DNA of 64,000 nucleotides from Deltaproteobacteria bacterium (GTDB lineage Bacteria; Desulfobacterota; Desulfuromonadia; Geobacterales; JAJYBI01): NCBI GenBank assembly GCA_021779095.1, contig JAJYBI010000015.1, positions 10,344 to 74,343 of the forward strand, read 5' to 3'. Shown piece by piece: positions 1 to 8,680 of this stretch (position 1 is its first letter; each line of letters starts with the position of its first letter). The notes under the pieces were generated by a model. It saw only the letters and a program-made list of their open reading frames with translations, ran no database searches and was not told where the DNA came from. The position numbers and the translations under genes were made by a program.

Positions 1-1
1 C

Positions 2-721
2 TCCAGCGGCGCCCGGGTCTTCATCCGGTGCGTGGACTACGTCATGTACGTTGCTCCGGTGGGGCTTCTCGCCTGGTTCGCCGCCACCGTCGTGGATACG
101 GGGGCGGCGCTGGCCGCGGCCTACCTGCGGGTCTTCGTCGTCTACTACCTGTTCACCGCGCTTTATTTCGCCGGCGGCTTTTCGCTGTATGCACTCCTCG
201 CCGGGGGGCGACAGGCCGTCGGGCGGTTCTGGTCACGGATGTTGGGACCGTCCTTGACGGCGCTCGGGACCTGCTCCAGCATGGCCACCATGCCGGTGAA
301 CCTGGAGGAGGCGCCACGGATGGGGGTGCCGGCGGATGTGTGCGATGTGGTGATCCCGGTGGGGGCGGCACTGCACAAGGACGGCTCGGTGATCGGCGGG
401 GTGCTGAAGGTGCTGTTCGCCATGAGTCTGTTCCACCAGTCACTGACGCCGGGCCGGCTCCTGATGGCGGCCGGGGTCGCCATCCTCGTCGGGGTGGTGG
501 TGGGGGCGATCCCCAGCGGCGGGATGATCGGAGAGCTCTTGATCCTGTCGGTGTTCGGGTTTCCGGCGGAGACCCTGCCGCTCCTGGCGGCGGTGAGCGT
601 GATCATCGATCCGCTGGCGACCCTCGTGAACGCCACCGGCGACAACGTGGCGGCCATGCTGGTGGCGCGGCTGACGGCGGGAAAAGAATGGAGTACGATT
701 ACGGAGGAGGTACTATCATGA
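2..721 (+). CDS. Dicarboxylate/amino acid:cation symporter (DAACS/SDF family), 5'-partial
   Basis: Frame is open from base 2. Hydrophobic, with SSMATMPVNL, VIPVGAALHKDG and ATLVNATGD motifs typical of GltP/SDF transporters. Confidence 0.85.
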   Translation, partial: SSGARVFIRCVDYVMYVAPVGLLAWFAATVVDTGAALAAAYLRVFVVYYLFTALYFAGGFSLYALLAGGRQAVGRFWSRMLGPSLTALGTCSSMATMPVNLEEAPRMGVPADVCDVVIPVGAALHKDGSVIGGVLKVLFAMSLFHQSLTPGRLLMAAGVAILVGVVVGAIPSGGMIGELLILSVFGFPAETLPLLAAVSVIIDPLATLVNATGDNVAAMLVARLTAGKEWSTITEEVLS

Positions 722-1392
722 GAATAAAAAGTGGAGTGCTGGTGCTGGCGGTATTCCTGCTGGCGGGGTGCCAGCACCGGCCGTGGATGGCGCTGAAGGG
801 GTGCAGCGTGCCGTTCCCCGACGAAAGCAGGCAGGCGGTGGTGGTGGAGCGGGACGGGAGTACGCCGTCTGGCGCGACGATAAGTCTCTACGAGCGTGAC
901 GACGACGGTTGGCAGCTCCAGGGGGCGCCGATGCCCGCCGTCATCGGGAGAAACGGCCTGGCACCGGTGGGCGAAAAGCGGGAGGGGGACGGCCGCACCC
1001 CGTCCGGCGTCTTCCCCCTGGAGCGGGGATTCGGCTACTACCCGATGAAGGCCAGAGTGCCGTACATTCTGCTCACCCCGGATATGGTCTGGATTGACGA
1101 TCCCCGCTCACCCCAGTACAACCGGCTGGTCGACAGGAAGGCCGCCGCGGGTTACTCCTACGAGGTGATGCGACGCAACGACTACCTGTATCTCAACGGC
1201 GTCGTCATCGAGTACAACACGAAGAAGACGGTTCCCGGCGCGGGGAGCGCCATCTTCTTCCATATCTGGCGTGCCCCCGGCGTTCCCACGGCGGGTTGCG
1301 TCGCCGCCGCGCAGAAGGATGTGGACCTGCTACTTTCCTGGCTCGATCCGGCAAAACATCCGGTGGCGGTCATCGGCGACGCCTGCCGGTGA
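718..1392 (+). CDS. L,D-transpeptidase-family (YkuD-like) lipoprotein
   Basis: ATG 718 overlaps the upstream stop (ATGA), with GGAGGAGG RBS. LLAGC lipobox; REGDGRTPSG and GSAIFFHIW...TAGCV catalytic His/Cys motif. Confidence 0.85.
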   Translation: MRIKSGVLVLAVFLLAGCQHRPWMALKGCSVPFPDESRQAVVVERDGSTPSGATISLYERDDDGWQLQGAPMPAVIGRNGLAPVGEKREGDGRTPSGVFPLERGFGYYPMKARVPYILLTPDMVWIDDPRSPQYNRLVDRKAAAGYSYEVMRRNDYLYLNGVVIEYNTKKTVPGAGSAIFFHIWRAPGVPTAGCVAAAQKDVDLLLSWLDPAKHPVAVIGDACR

Positions 1393-1410
1393 CGCCTGCG
1401 GGAAGCGGGG

Positions 1411-3249
1411 TCAGGGGGCGATGCTGATCGATCCGCTGACCCCGGCGGTTGCCCCTTTACCACCGTCGACGGCGAGCTGCCCGGTATTGGCGGTGGGGCT
1501 GCCGGTGCCGCTGAGCGACAGGAGGGTGATGTCGCCGCCGTTCCCCCCGCTGGTGACGCCGTCCCCCCCGCGCGCCGTGATGGTGCCCGAGTTGGTCACC
1601 AGCCACCCGGACATCAGAACGGCCGGCGGGTAGACGGAGGCCGTGCCGCGGGATCGGGCACTACCCCCGTGGGTCCCCCCCCCGCCCGAGATGTCGATGG
1701 CGCCGGTGTTCGTCACCAGGCTCCCCGCGTCGAGCTCCTGTGAGCCCAGTCCGGCGCAGTCCATCTGTACCCGCCCGCCCGCCCCGCCGGTCCCTCCGGA
1801 GGCGGTCGCGTTTCCTCCCCGTGCCCGGATGTCCGCTTCGTTGGTGACGGCGCCGGCGGGGAGATACCGGTTGCCGGCGACATCCAGGGGGGCGATGGTC
1901 GTCAGTATGACGGATGCGCCGATGTTCGGGTAACCGCCGTTGCCGCCGGCAACCGTCCCCTCCCCACCGTCCAGGACGAGGGAGCTGAAGCCGAGCAGCT
2001 CGATGTCCGGAGCGGCACCGTTGTCGTTCGCGTGGGTTTCGACCCAGAAGTACCCTGCATTGCCGCCGGTGGCGCCGTCCCCCCCCGACAGGTTAATATG
2101 GCCGGAGATCCTGACGACGTTCGGGGCGCTCCCTGGCGGGGCGGCCTGTCCCGGCGGTCCGTACGCGTAGATGGCGACCCCCGTGGGGCTGCCGCCCGTC
2201 GCCCCCGTGCCGTCTCCGCCGTCCAGGTCGATCTCCCCGTCGAGCAGTACGCTGCCGCCGAATCCGTAGATGTCCAGGATGCCGTATCCTCCGCCGGTGC
2301 CTGCGCTGCCGCTGCCGCCCCGGCACCGGACGGTGCCGGAGAGCACGACGGTGCCGCCGGTTGCCGGGTCCAGCTCGTCCACGCTGTGGGCGGGCCAGTT
2401 ATGCGGATCGGCGGCGGCACCGCCGTACAGAACCACCCCGTTGGCGTTGCCGCCGCTCATGCCGCTGCCGCCGCTGGCCAGAAGCATTCCCGACGAAAAT
2501 ACCCCTCCTCCGTAGGCCGTGACGTAGATCCCGCCGCTGCTGCACCCCCTGCCTGCCGGTCTGTCCGCTCCGCTGGCGTCGAGACGGCCGGCGTTGAAAA
2601 AATCCCGTTGCGGATAGAAGGCGATCCACCCGCCGTCCGCACCGTTCGTCGTGACGGACCCGGTGGGTCCGACGATGACGCTGCCGGCGGTGGAGGTCAC
2701 GTTGATGCTTGCGACCCCCGGTGCCGTGGCGAGCGTTCCGTCGATCACCAGGTCGTTTTCGAGCGAGATGCCGAAGTCGTAGGTGGGGAGCCAGTCGTAG
2801 AAGGTGTTTTTCGGGACAAAGAGCGTTGCCCCCTCCGCGATGTGCAGACCGGTCACCGGCGGGTCGTTGGTCGTGTCGCCGTCGCCGTTTCCCAGGTAGA
2901 GGTGCGCGTCCTGCAACCGGGTGTACAGCCCCGCCGCGACGGCGTCACGGTCCAGTTGGACCGTCTGGTCGCGGGTGATGGTGCAGGGGGTGACGCCGAA
3001 CGCATAGGACGAGGGGGAGGGGGAGCTGAAGGTCGCCGCCGCGGTGCCGGATCTCATGACCCGCGTGTTTCCTTCGGACAGGATGCCGAGTGCGCCGCCG
3101 CATCCGCCCGCACCGTCACGCCCCGTGCCCCCCGCGGCAACGAGGCCGGGGCGGGGCGGGGCGGCGGGAGCGGCGGGGGAGCCGCCGCTGCCACAGGCGG
3201 ACAGCGCGACGGCACATACGGCCAGTATCAACTGCGTGCGGAGACACAT
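1411..3249 (-). CDS. Glycine-rich repeat lipoprotein, probably a beta-solenoid surface protein (hypothetical)
   Basis: 612-aa ORF; LSAC lipobox after a hydrophobic stretch; about 10 repeats of G-x-I-x-x-x-GG-x-G-x-x-GG-x-G-G-x-V-x-L. Confidence 0.7.
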   Translation of the reverse strand: MCLRTQLILAVCAVALSACGSGGSPAAPAAPPRPGLVAAGGTGRDGAGGCGGALGILSEGNTRVMRSGTAAATFSSPSPSSYAFGVTPCTITRDQTVQLDRDAVAAGLYTRLQDAHLYLGNGDGDTTNDPPVTGLHIAEGATLFVPKNTFYDWLPTYDFGISLENDLVIDGTLATAPGVASINVTSTAGSVIVGPTGSVTTNGADGGWIAFYPQRDFFNAGRLDASGADRPAGRGCSSGGIYVTAYGGGVFSSGMLLASGGSGMSGGNANGVVLYGGAAADPHNWPAHSVDELDPATGGTVVLSGTVRCRGGSGSAGTGGGYGILDIYGFGGSVLLDGEIDLDGGDGTGATGGSPTGVAIYAYGPPGQAAPPGSAPNVVRISGHINLSGGDGATGGNAGYFWVETHANDNGAAPDIELLGFSSLVLDGGEGTVAGGNGGYPNIGASVILTTIAPLDVAGNRYLPAGAVTNEADIRARGGNATASGGTGGAGGRVQMDCAGLGSQELDAGSLVTNTGAIDISGGGGTHGGSARSRGTASVYPPAVLMSGWLVTNSGTITARGGDGVTSGGNGGDITLLSLSGTGSPTANTGQLAVDGGKGATAGVSGSISIAP

Positions 3250-3343
3250 CGCCTCTGCTCCATGGTGCAGGTGGAGGAGGTAGACCGGCAGGCAGTTCGG
3301 CCGTGTCAGCTGCCGGCGAACCCTCCATGGTTCGTATTGATCA

Positions 3344-3371
3344 AGTATATATACTGCCCCTGTATTGGCAA
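3344..3371 (-). promoter_or_regulatory. Candidate sigma-70 promoter of the Gly-rich lipoprotein
   Basis: Minus strand TTGCCA (3371-3366), N16, TATACT (3349-3344); the -10 lies in palindrome AGTATATATACT. Confidence 0.45.
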
Positions 3372-3410
3372 TGGCTAATCATGCCGGCCGGTTCCTTCGA
3401 TGGGGATGCA

Positions 3411-3445
3411 ACGACAAAAGCCCGCTTTCGGCGGGCTTTTGTCGT
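3411..3445. terminator. Bidirectional-type intrinsic terminator downstream of phoU
   Basis: ACGACAAAAGCCCGC-TTTCG-GCGGGCTTTTGTCGT hairpin with A/T tracts on both sides. Confidence 0.85.
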
Positions 3446-3470
3446 ATGCTGCGGTGCGGATGCTGCCGGA

Positions 3471-4142
3471 TCAGGCGATGGTGTGGCGGATGTCCTTCCC
3501 CTTGACCATGAAGATCACCATCTCCGCCACGTTGGTGGCGTGGTCGGCGATCCGCTCGAAACACTTGGAGATGTAGTTGATGTTGATGGCGCGGGAGATG
3601 GTGTGCGGGTCTTCGATCATGAAGGAGAGGAGCTCCCGCTGGATCTGCTCGTTCAGCTCGTCCACGAGCTGGTCGTCGGTGCAGACCTTCACCGCCAGCT
3701 GGTCGTCGCCGCGCACGAAGGCGTCCAGCGCCTCCTTGACCATGCCGCCGGCGATTGCCGCCATGCGGGGCATGTCGATGAACGGCTTTAAGGGGGGCTC
3801 GTCGTTCAGCTCCTTGGCCCGCTTGGCGATGTTCGTGCACTGGTCGCCGATCCGTTCCAGGTCGGTGACGATCTTGAAGGCGAGGGTCAAAAACCGCAGG
3901 TCGCGCCCCGCCGGCTGCCGCCGGGCGATGACCTCCATGCACTTTTCGTCGATCTCCATCTCCAGGGTGTTGATCTCGTGGTCGAACTTGATGGTCCAGT
4001 CGGCGAGGGAGGAGTCCCGCTCCACCAGCGACTTGATGGCGCTGGCGATCATCATCTCCACCTTTCCCCCCATCTCCAGGAGCCGGGCGCGGATGTCGGT
4101 CAGTTCGACGTCGTACTGCTTGCTGAAATGTTCACGTTCCAT
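3471..4142 (-). CDS. phoU: Phosphate signalling complex protein PhoU
   Basis: Two PhoU repeats (DHEINTLEMEIDEKC..RQP; DLERIGD; ERIADHATNVAE); adjacent to pst genes. Confidence 0.97.
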   Translation of the reverse strand: MEREHFSKQYDVELTDIRARLLEMGGKVEMMIASAIKSLVERDSSLADWTIKFDHEINTLEMEIDEKCMEVIARRQPAGRDLRFLTLAFKIVTDLERIGDQCTNIAKRAKELNDEPPLKPFIDMPRMAAIAGGMVKEALDAFVRGDDQLAVKVCTDDQLVDELNEQIQRELLSFMIEDPHTISRAININYISKCFERIADHATNVAEMVIFMVKGKDIRHTIA

Positions 4143-4153
4143 TTTTTAACCTC

Positions 4154-4257
4154 TGTTAGATGTGAGAAGTAAGACGTCAGACGTCAGATGCAAGACGTCA
4201 GACGCGAACGGCAAGAGGTGTACACATCTTGCGTCTCACGTCTTACGTCTCACTGCG
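4154..4257. repeat. Heptamer-periodic inverted repeat (YGYNAGA units)
   Basis: Left arm TGTTAGA TGTGAGA AGTAAGA CGTCAGA CGTCAGA TGCAAGA CGTCAGA. Right arm reverse-complemented reads AGTGAGA CGTAAGA CGTGAGA CGCAAGA. Confidence 0.85.
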
Positions 4258-4260
4258 CTA

Positions 4261-5019
4261 TTACCCGAACCGACCCGTGATGTAGTCCTCGGTCTGCTTC
4301 TGTTCCGGGTTGGTGAACAGCTTCTTCGTGTCGCCGTATTCCACCAGTTCCCCCAGGTAGAAGAAGGCGGTGGTGTCGGAGACGCGGGCCGCCTGCTGCA
4401 TGTTGTGGGTGACGATGATGACGGTGTACTGCTCCTTCAGCTCCTCGATCAGCTCCTCGATCTTCAGGGTGGCGATGGGGTCCAGCGCCGAGCAGGGTTC
4501 GTCCATGAGGATCACCTCCGGCTTCACCGCTACGGTGCGGGCGATGCAGAGCCGCTGCTGCTGGCCGCCGGAGAGGTTGGTGGCCGCGGACTTCAGCCGG
4601 TCCTTCACCTCGTCCCACAGGGCGACCCGGCGCAGGCTCGACTCCACGATCTCGTCCGCCTCCGCCCGTTTCACCCGGCCGTTCAGTTTGTACCCGGCGA
4701 TCACGTTATCATAGATGGACATGGCAGGGAAAGGGTTCGGTTTCTGGAACACCATGCCGATCCGTCGCCGGATCGCCACCGGGTCGCACCCCTTCTCGTA
4801 GATGTCCCGCCCGTCCAGGACGATCTTGCCGGTCACCTGTGCCCCGGGGGTGAGGTCGTGCATCCGGTTGATGGAGCGGAGGACCGTCGATTTGCCGCAC
4901 CCCGACGGGCCGATGATGGCGGTGACGCTGTTCTCGGGGAACTCCATGGAGGCCCCCTTGACCGCGTGGGCCTTGCCGAAGTGGACGTTCAGGTTTTCAA
5001 GCTGTACTTTTGCGTTCAT
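4261..5019 (-). CDS. pstB: Phosphate ABC transporter ATP-binding protein
   Basis: GPSGCGKS Walker [40 protein letters not shown]-terminus. Confidence 0.98.
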   Translation of the reverse strand: MNAKVQLENLNVHFGKAHAVKGASMEFPENSVTAIIGPSGCGKSTVLRSINRMHDLTPGAQVTGKIVLDGRDIYEKGCDPVAIRRRIGMVFQKPNPFPAMSIYDNVIAGYKLNGRVKRAEADEIVESSLRRVALWDEVKDRLKSAATNLSGGQQQRLCIARTVAVKPEVILMDEPCSALDPIATLKIEELIEELKEQYTVIIVTHNMQQAARVSDTTAFFYLGELVEYGDTKKLFTNPEQKQTEDYITGRFG

Positions 5020-5032
5020 CTGTGACCTCGGT

Positions 5033-5872
5033 TCAGGAGTGCTTTTTCCTCGCGCCGAAGGAGCGGGCCGCGAGGCTTAGGGTGAACATCATCACCACGA
5101 GGACGAGCGCGCCGGCCCAGGCGAGACGGTGCCAGTCGTCGTAGGGGGAGATGGCGAAGTTGAAGATCTGCAGCGGCATCGCTGCGATCGGTTCGGTGAG
5201 CTTGTGGCTCCAGAACTGGTTGCCGAGCGCAGTGAAGAGGAGCGGCGCGGTCTCCCCGGCGATCCGGGCGATGGCGAGAAGCACACCGGTCGTCACCCCC
5301 ATGAGGGCGCTGCGGAGGGTCACCTTGAGGGTGGTGCGCCACAAAGGCACCCCGAGCGCCAGGGACGCCTCACGCAGGGAGTTGGGAACCAGCTTCAGCT
5401 GCTCTTCCGTCGTCCTGAGCACAATGGGGATCATGATGAGGGAGAGGGCAAACGCCCCCGCCAGGGCGGAGAACCCCTTCATCGGCACCACGAGAAGGGT
5501 GTACGCCACGAGGCCGGTGATGATGGAGGGGACGCCGGAGAGGACGTCGGCGGCGAAGCGGATCACCGTCGAGATGCGCGACCCCCCATACTCGGAGAGG
5601 TAGACGGCGCCGAAGACCCCGACCGGGATCCCGAGCGCCGACGCGCAGAAGATGAGGAGCGCCGAGCCGACCATGCCGTTGGCCATTCCCCCCCCCGCTT
5701 CGCCGGGAGGAGGCGGGATCTTCGTGAAAAAGTCGGCGTTGACGGAACTGAACCCCATCTTCACGATGTAGGCGAAGACGAGCCCGAGGGGGAGGAGCAC
5801 CGTCAGGGTCGCCAGGCACATGAGGAGGGTCATCCCGTGGTTCTTCAGGTGGCGCAAGATGAGTCCCTTCAT
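5033..5872 (-). CDS. pstA: Phosphate ABC transporter permease PstA
   Basis: [21 protein letters not shown] loop, [12 protein letters not shown]. Start ATG 5872 overlaps the pstC stop. Confidence 0.96.
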   Translation of the reverse strand: MKGLILRHLKNHGMTLLMCLATLTVLLPLGLVFAYIVKMGFSSVNADFFTKIPPPPGEAGGGMANGMVGSALLIFCASALGIPVGVFGAVYLSEYGGSRISTVIRFAADVLSGVPSIITGLVAYTLLVVPMKGFSALAGAFALSLIMIPIVLRTTEEQLKLVPNSLREASLALGVPLWRTTLKVTLRSALMGVTTGVLLAIARIAGETAPLLFTALGNQFWSHKLTEPIAAMPLQIFNFAISPYDDWHRLAWAGALVLVVMMFTLSLAARSFGARKKHS

Positions 5873-6867
5873 TGCCGGATTCCTCCCTTCTCGTTGCGGC
5901 TGACGCTCCAGAGGAGGAGCCTCGCCAGGATGTTCACAATGAGCGTTACCCCGAGGAGGATGAGGCCGATCTCCATGAGGGCGGCGGTGTGGAGCTTCGA
6001 GGTCGCCTCGGCGAATTCGTTCGCAATGACGCTCGGCATGGTGTAGGCGGGGTTGACGAGCGACAGGGAGAGCTGGGGGGTGTTGCCGATTACCATGGTG
6101 ACCGCCATTGTTTCGCCGATGGCCCGGCCGAGCCCGAGAATCACGGCACCGAGGATACCCGACTTGCCGTAGGGGAGGACCGACATCCGGATCATCTCCC
6201 AGCGGGTCGCCCCCAGGGCGATGGCCGCCTCCTTCTGGCTCTGGGGTACCGCAAGCAGCACCTCCTTGGAGATGGAGGTGATGATCGGGACGGTCATGAT
6301 CATCAGGATGAGGACCGCTGCCAGCATGCCGACCCCGTAGGGAGCCCCCTGGAAGAACGGGAGGGACCCGAAGTGATCGATGAGGAACGGCTCGACCGTC
6401 TTCTGCAACCAGGGGACCATGACGAGGATCCCCCACAGGCCGTAGATGACGCTCGGTATGGCCGCCAGGAGCTCGACGAGGGAGGCCACCAGCCCTCCCA
6501 CGCGGTGGGGGAGGATCTCGGTGATGAAGAGAGCGGTCCCGACCGACAGGGGGGTGGCAAAGAGGAGCGCCAGGATCGACGAGTAGACCGACCCCCAGAT
6601 GTAGGGGAGCGCCCCGAAGGAGCCGTTCACCGGGTCCCAGTCACTTCCCTTTACGAAGCCCCACCAGCCGAATTTGTGGATGATGGGGAGGCTCTCCACG
6701 TACATCTCCATCGCCACGAGGGCGAGAATGGCGAGGATGCTGAAGGCGAAGAAGACCGTCACCCCCTTGAAGAGGAAATCTCCCGAGGCCCTCTTCTCGA
6801 TTTTCCATTGATGCGCTTCCTGTCCCGGCTTCACGAATTCCTCCGTCGTATCCCATCCGCCACTCAT
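5869..6867 (-). CDS. pstC: Phosphate ABC transporter permease PstC
   Basis: ELLAAIPSVIYGLWG, EAAIALGATRWE, GRAIGETMAV, IANEFAEA. Start 6867 has an AGGAG RBS. Confidence 0.96.
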   Translation of the reverse strand: MSGGWDTTEEFVKPGQEAHQWKIEKRASGDFLFKGVTVFFAFSILAILALVAMEMYVESLPIIHKFGWWGFVKGSDWDPVNGSFGALPYIWGSVYSSILALLFATPLSVGTALFITEILPHRVGGLVASLVELLAAIPSVIYGLWGILVMVPWLQKTVEPFLIDHFGSLPFFQGAPYGVGMLAAVLILMIMTVPIITSISKEVLLAVPQSQKEAAIALGATRWEMIRMSVLPYGKSGILGAVILGLGRAIGETMAVTMVIGNTPQLSLSLVNPAYTMPSVIANEFAEATSKLHTAALMEIGLILLGVTLIVNILARLLLWSVSRNEKGGIRQ

Positions 6868-6899
6868 TCGTAGCACTCCTGCAATATTTATCGGCCCGG

Positions 6900-6939
6900 A
6901 AAAAAGCCCGGCGGGACAGGGGTACCCCCCCCGCCGGGC
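6900..6939 (-). terminator. Intrinsic terminator/stabilising hairpin between pstS and pstC
   Basis: Minus strand GCCCGGCGGG-loop-CCCGCCGGGC followed by T6. Confidence 0.75.
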
Positions 6940-6958
6940 ATGATGTGCCGCAGCCCGA

Positions 6959-7990
6959 TCAGTACGTGATGGTCCTGATGGTTTTCAGCACCATCTTGGT
7001 CACGTTCGGCGGCAGAGGGGCATAGAGAAGCTGGGTGGCCATCCCCTCGCCGTGGCGGTAAGCCCAATTGAGGAACTGGACGATCTTCTGCCCCTTCTCG
7101 TGGTTGTTGATGTGCTGGTAGAGGAGAATCCAGGTGAAGCCGGCGATCGGATAGGCATTTTTGCCCGGCTGGTTTACGATGTTCAGCCGGAAGTCGGCCG
7201 GCATGTGCTTGGCGGCGCCGGCGGCGGCAGCGGTGGTGGTCTTGATGTTCGGCGTAATGAAGTAGCCGGCCTTGTTCTTCACGGCCGCTACCGGGAGGTG
7301 GTTCCCGATGGCGTAAGCGATTTCCGCATAGCCGATGGAGTAGGGAGTGTTGCGGATGATCCCCGCGACCCCTTCGCTACCCTTGCCGCCGAGACCGATC
7401 GGCCACCTCACGGAGGTGCCGGTACCGACCTGCTGTTTCCATTGGGGGCTCACGCTGCAGAGATAGGAGGTGAAGATGCTGGTGGTGCCGCTCCCCTCGG
7501 ACCGGTGCGCGACGATAATCGCCGCGGCGGGGAGGCGGACGCCGCGGTTGCTGGCGGCGATGCGGGGATCGTTCCAACGGGTGATCCTGCCGAGGTAGAT
7601 GTCGGCGATTACGTCCGGAGTGAGCCTGAGGCCGGTGCCGACCCCCGGAACGTTATAGGTGAGGACCACCGCGCCCATGACGGTCGGGATGTGAATGAGC
7701 TTGGCCGGTGCCTTGCTCAGGGCCGCATCGGAGAGGTACATGTCGCTGGCGCCGAAGTCGATGGTCCGCGCCATGATCTGCTGGATCCCGCCGCCGCTCC
7801 CGATGGACTGGTAGTTGAAGCTGACCGAGGGGTCGACCTTCCGGTAGGCGGCGAACCACTTGGAGTAGATGGGGTAGGCGAAGGTGCTGCCGGCCCCGTT
7901 GATAAGCGTCTCGGCGGATGCCTGGCTGGCGGCCGCCACGGCGGCGACGCATGCCACGACTGCAAAAGCCTTTTTAATGGAATGCCACAT
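6959..7990 (-). CDS. pstS: Phosphate ABC transporter substrate-binding protein PstS
   Basis: Signal peptide; GAGSTF, YQSIGSGGG, DFGASD, RSEGSGTT, GGKGSEGV motifs; GAGGAGG RBS before ATG 7990. Confidence 0.97.
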   Translation of the reverse strand: MWHSIKKAFAVVACVAAVAAASQASAETLINGAGSTFAYPIYSKWFAAYRKVDPSVSFNYQSIGSGGGIQQIMARTIDFGASDMYLSDAALSKAPAKLIHIPTVMGAVVLTYNVPGVGTGLRLTPDVIADIYLGRITRWNDPRIAASNRGVRLPAAAIIVAHRSEGSGTTSIFTSYLCSVSPQWKQQVGTGTSVRWPIGLGGKGSEGVAGIIRNTPYSIGYAEIAYAIGNHLPVAAVKNKAGYFITPNIKTTTAAAAGAAKHMPADFRLNIVNQPGKNAYPIAGFTWILLYQHINNHEKGQKIVQFLNWAYRHGEGMATQLLYAPLPPNVTKMVLKTIRTITY

Positions 7991-8030
7991 ACTTGATTTC
8001 CTCCTCGGATTGTTTATCAAAGCCAGGGTA

Positions 8031-8077
8031 ACTATACCCTGGTCAGTGTTACAGCTGTGTTACAGCAGGTTGAACAG
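8031..8077 (-). promoter_or_regulatory. PhoB-dependent promoter of pstS (Pho boxes plus -10)
   Basis: Minus strand CTGTTCAAC..CTGTAACACAG-CTGTAACACTG-ACCAGGG-TATAGT; 11-bp periodicity as in known Pho boxes. Confidence 0.85.
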
Positions 8078-8096
8078 TTGGTGAATTTGCATGCTT

Positions 8097-8534
8097 TCAG
8101 AACCCTTCGGTAAGCCGGCGGGGCGAGTACCGGACCGCGAGGATCCGGACGACGGCCAGAGACAGCACGAGGGCGATCACCATCCCGATCTTCTGCCACT
8201 CCACCTCACGGTACCAGAACGCCATCACCTCCGTGAGAACCGTGACGATAACCGTATCGATGATGTAGGTGACCTTCACCCGCCCCTCGGAAAAATAGGC
8301 GAGCGCCGTACGGAGCAGTTCCACCACCGACATGACGGTGAGGATATCCACCATGATCGTCCTGAACGCCGAGTGGAACTCCTCCCGGAAGATGAGGCGT
8401 ATGTCGTAGCAGGTGTAGAGAATCCCTGCCAGCAGGGCGCAGAGAATCGTCACCACCAAAAGGCTCAGAACGGCCCGGGCCGATATTTCAAAAAATCGCG
8501 TGAGTTTCAGGTCGATGACCTCTTCCTTCCACAT
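8097..8534 (-). CDS. psiE: Phosphate-starvation-inducible PsiE-family membrane protein
   Basis: Four hydrophobic segments; ELLRTALAYFSEGRVKVTYIIDTVIVTVLTE matches the PsiE family pattern; Pho context. Confidence 0.8.
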   Translation of the reverse strand: MWKEEVIDLKLTRFFEISARAVLSLLVVTILCALLAGILYTCYDIRLIFREEFHSAFRTIMVDILTVMSVVELLRTALAYFSEGRVKVTYIIDTVIVTVLTEVMAFWYREVEWQKIGMVIALVLSLAVVRILAVRYSPRRLTEGF

Positions 8535-8563
8535 GGCCTCTCCTTTCGTTCGATACCCGTCGG

Positions 8564-8606
8564 ATTCTAGACCCGTTCTGTTACGGCCGGGTTACGCGAC
8601 GGTCAG
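8564..8606 (-). promoter_or_regulatory. PhoB-dependent promoter of psiE
   Basis: Plus-strand GTTAC at 8580 and 8591 and GTCAG at 8602 (11-bp period); minus-strand -10 TAGAAT at 8569-8564, 10 nt from the proximal box. Confidence 0.65.
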
Positions 8607-8620
8607 GATTGTGGAAACTG

Positions 8621-8648
8621 TTGACACTGCGGGATTAATGGCTATGCT
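8621..8648 (+). promoter_or_regulatory. Sigma-70 promoter of the DUF502 gene
   Basis: TTGACA-N16-TATGCT. Confidence 0.6.
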
Positions 8649-8680
8649 GTGCGGGGTCGTACTCTGTGACGGAGGGGTGT

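Noticed and set aside
3250-3470. c-di-GMP/cGAMP (GEMM) riboswitch upstream of the surface lipoprotein
   Set aside because: The GEMM core (GGCAAAC...GGGACGCAAA) is not seen on either strand.
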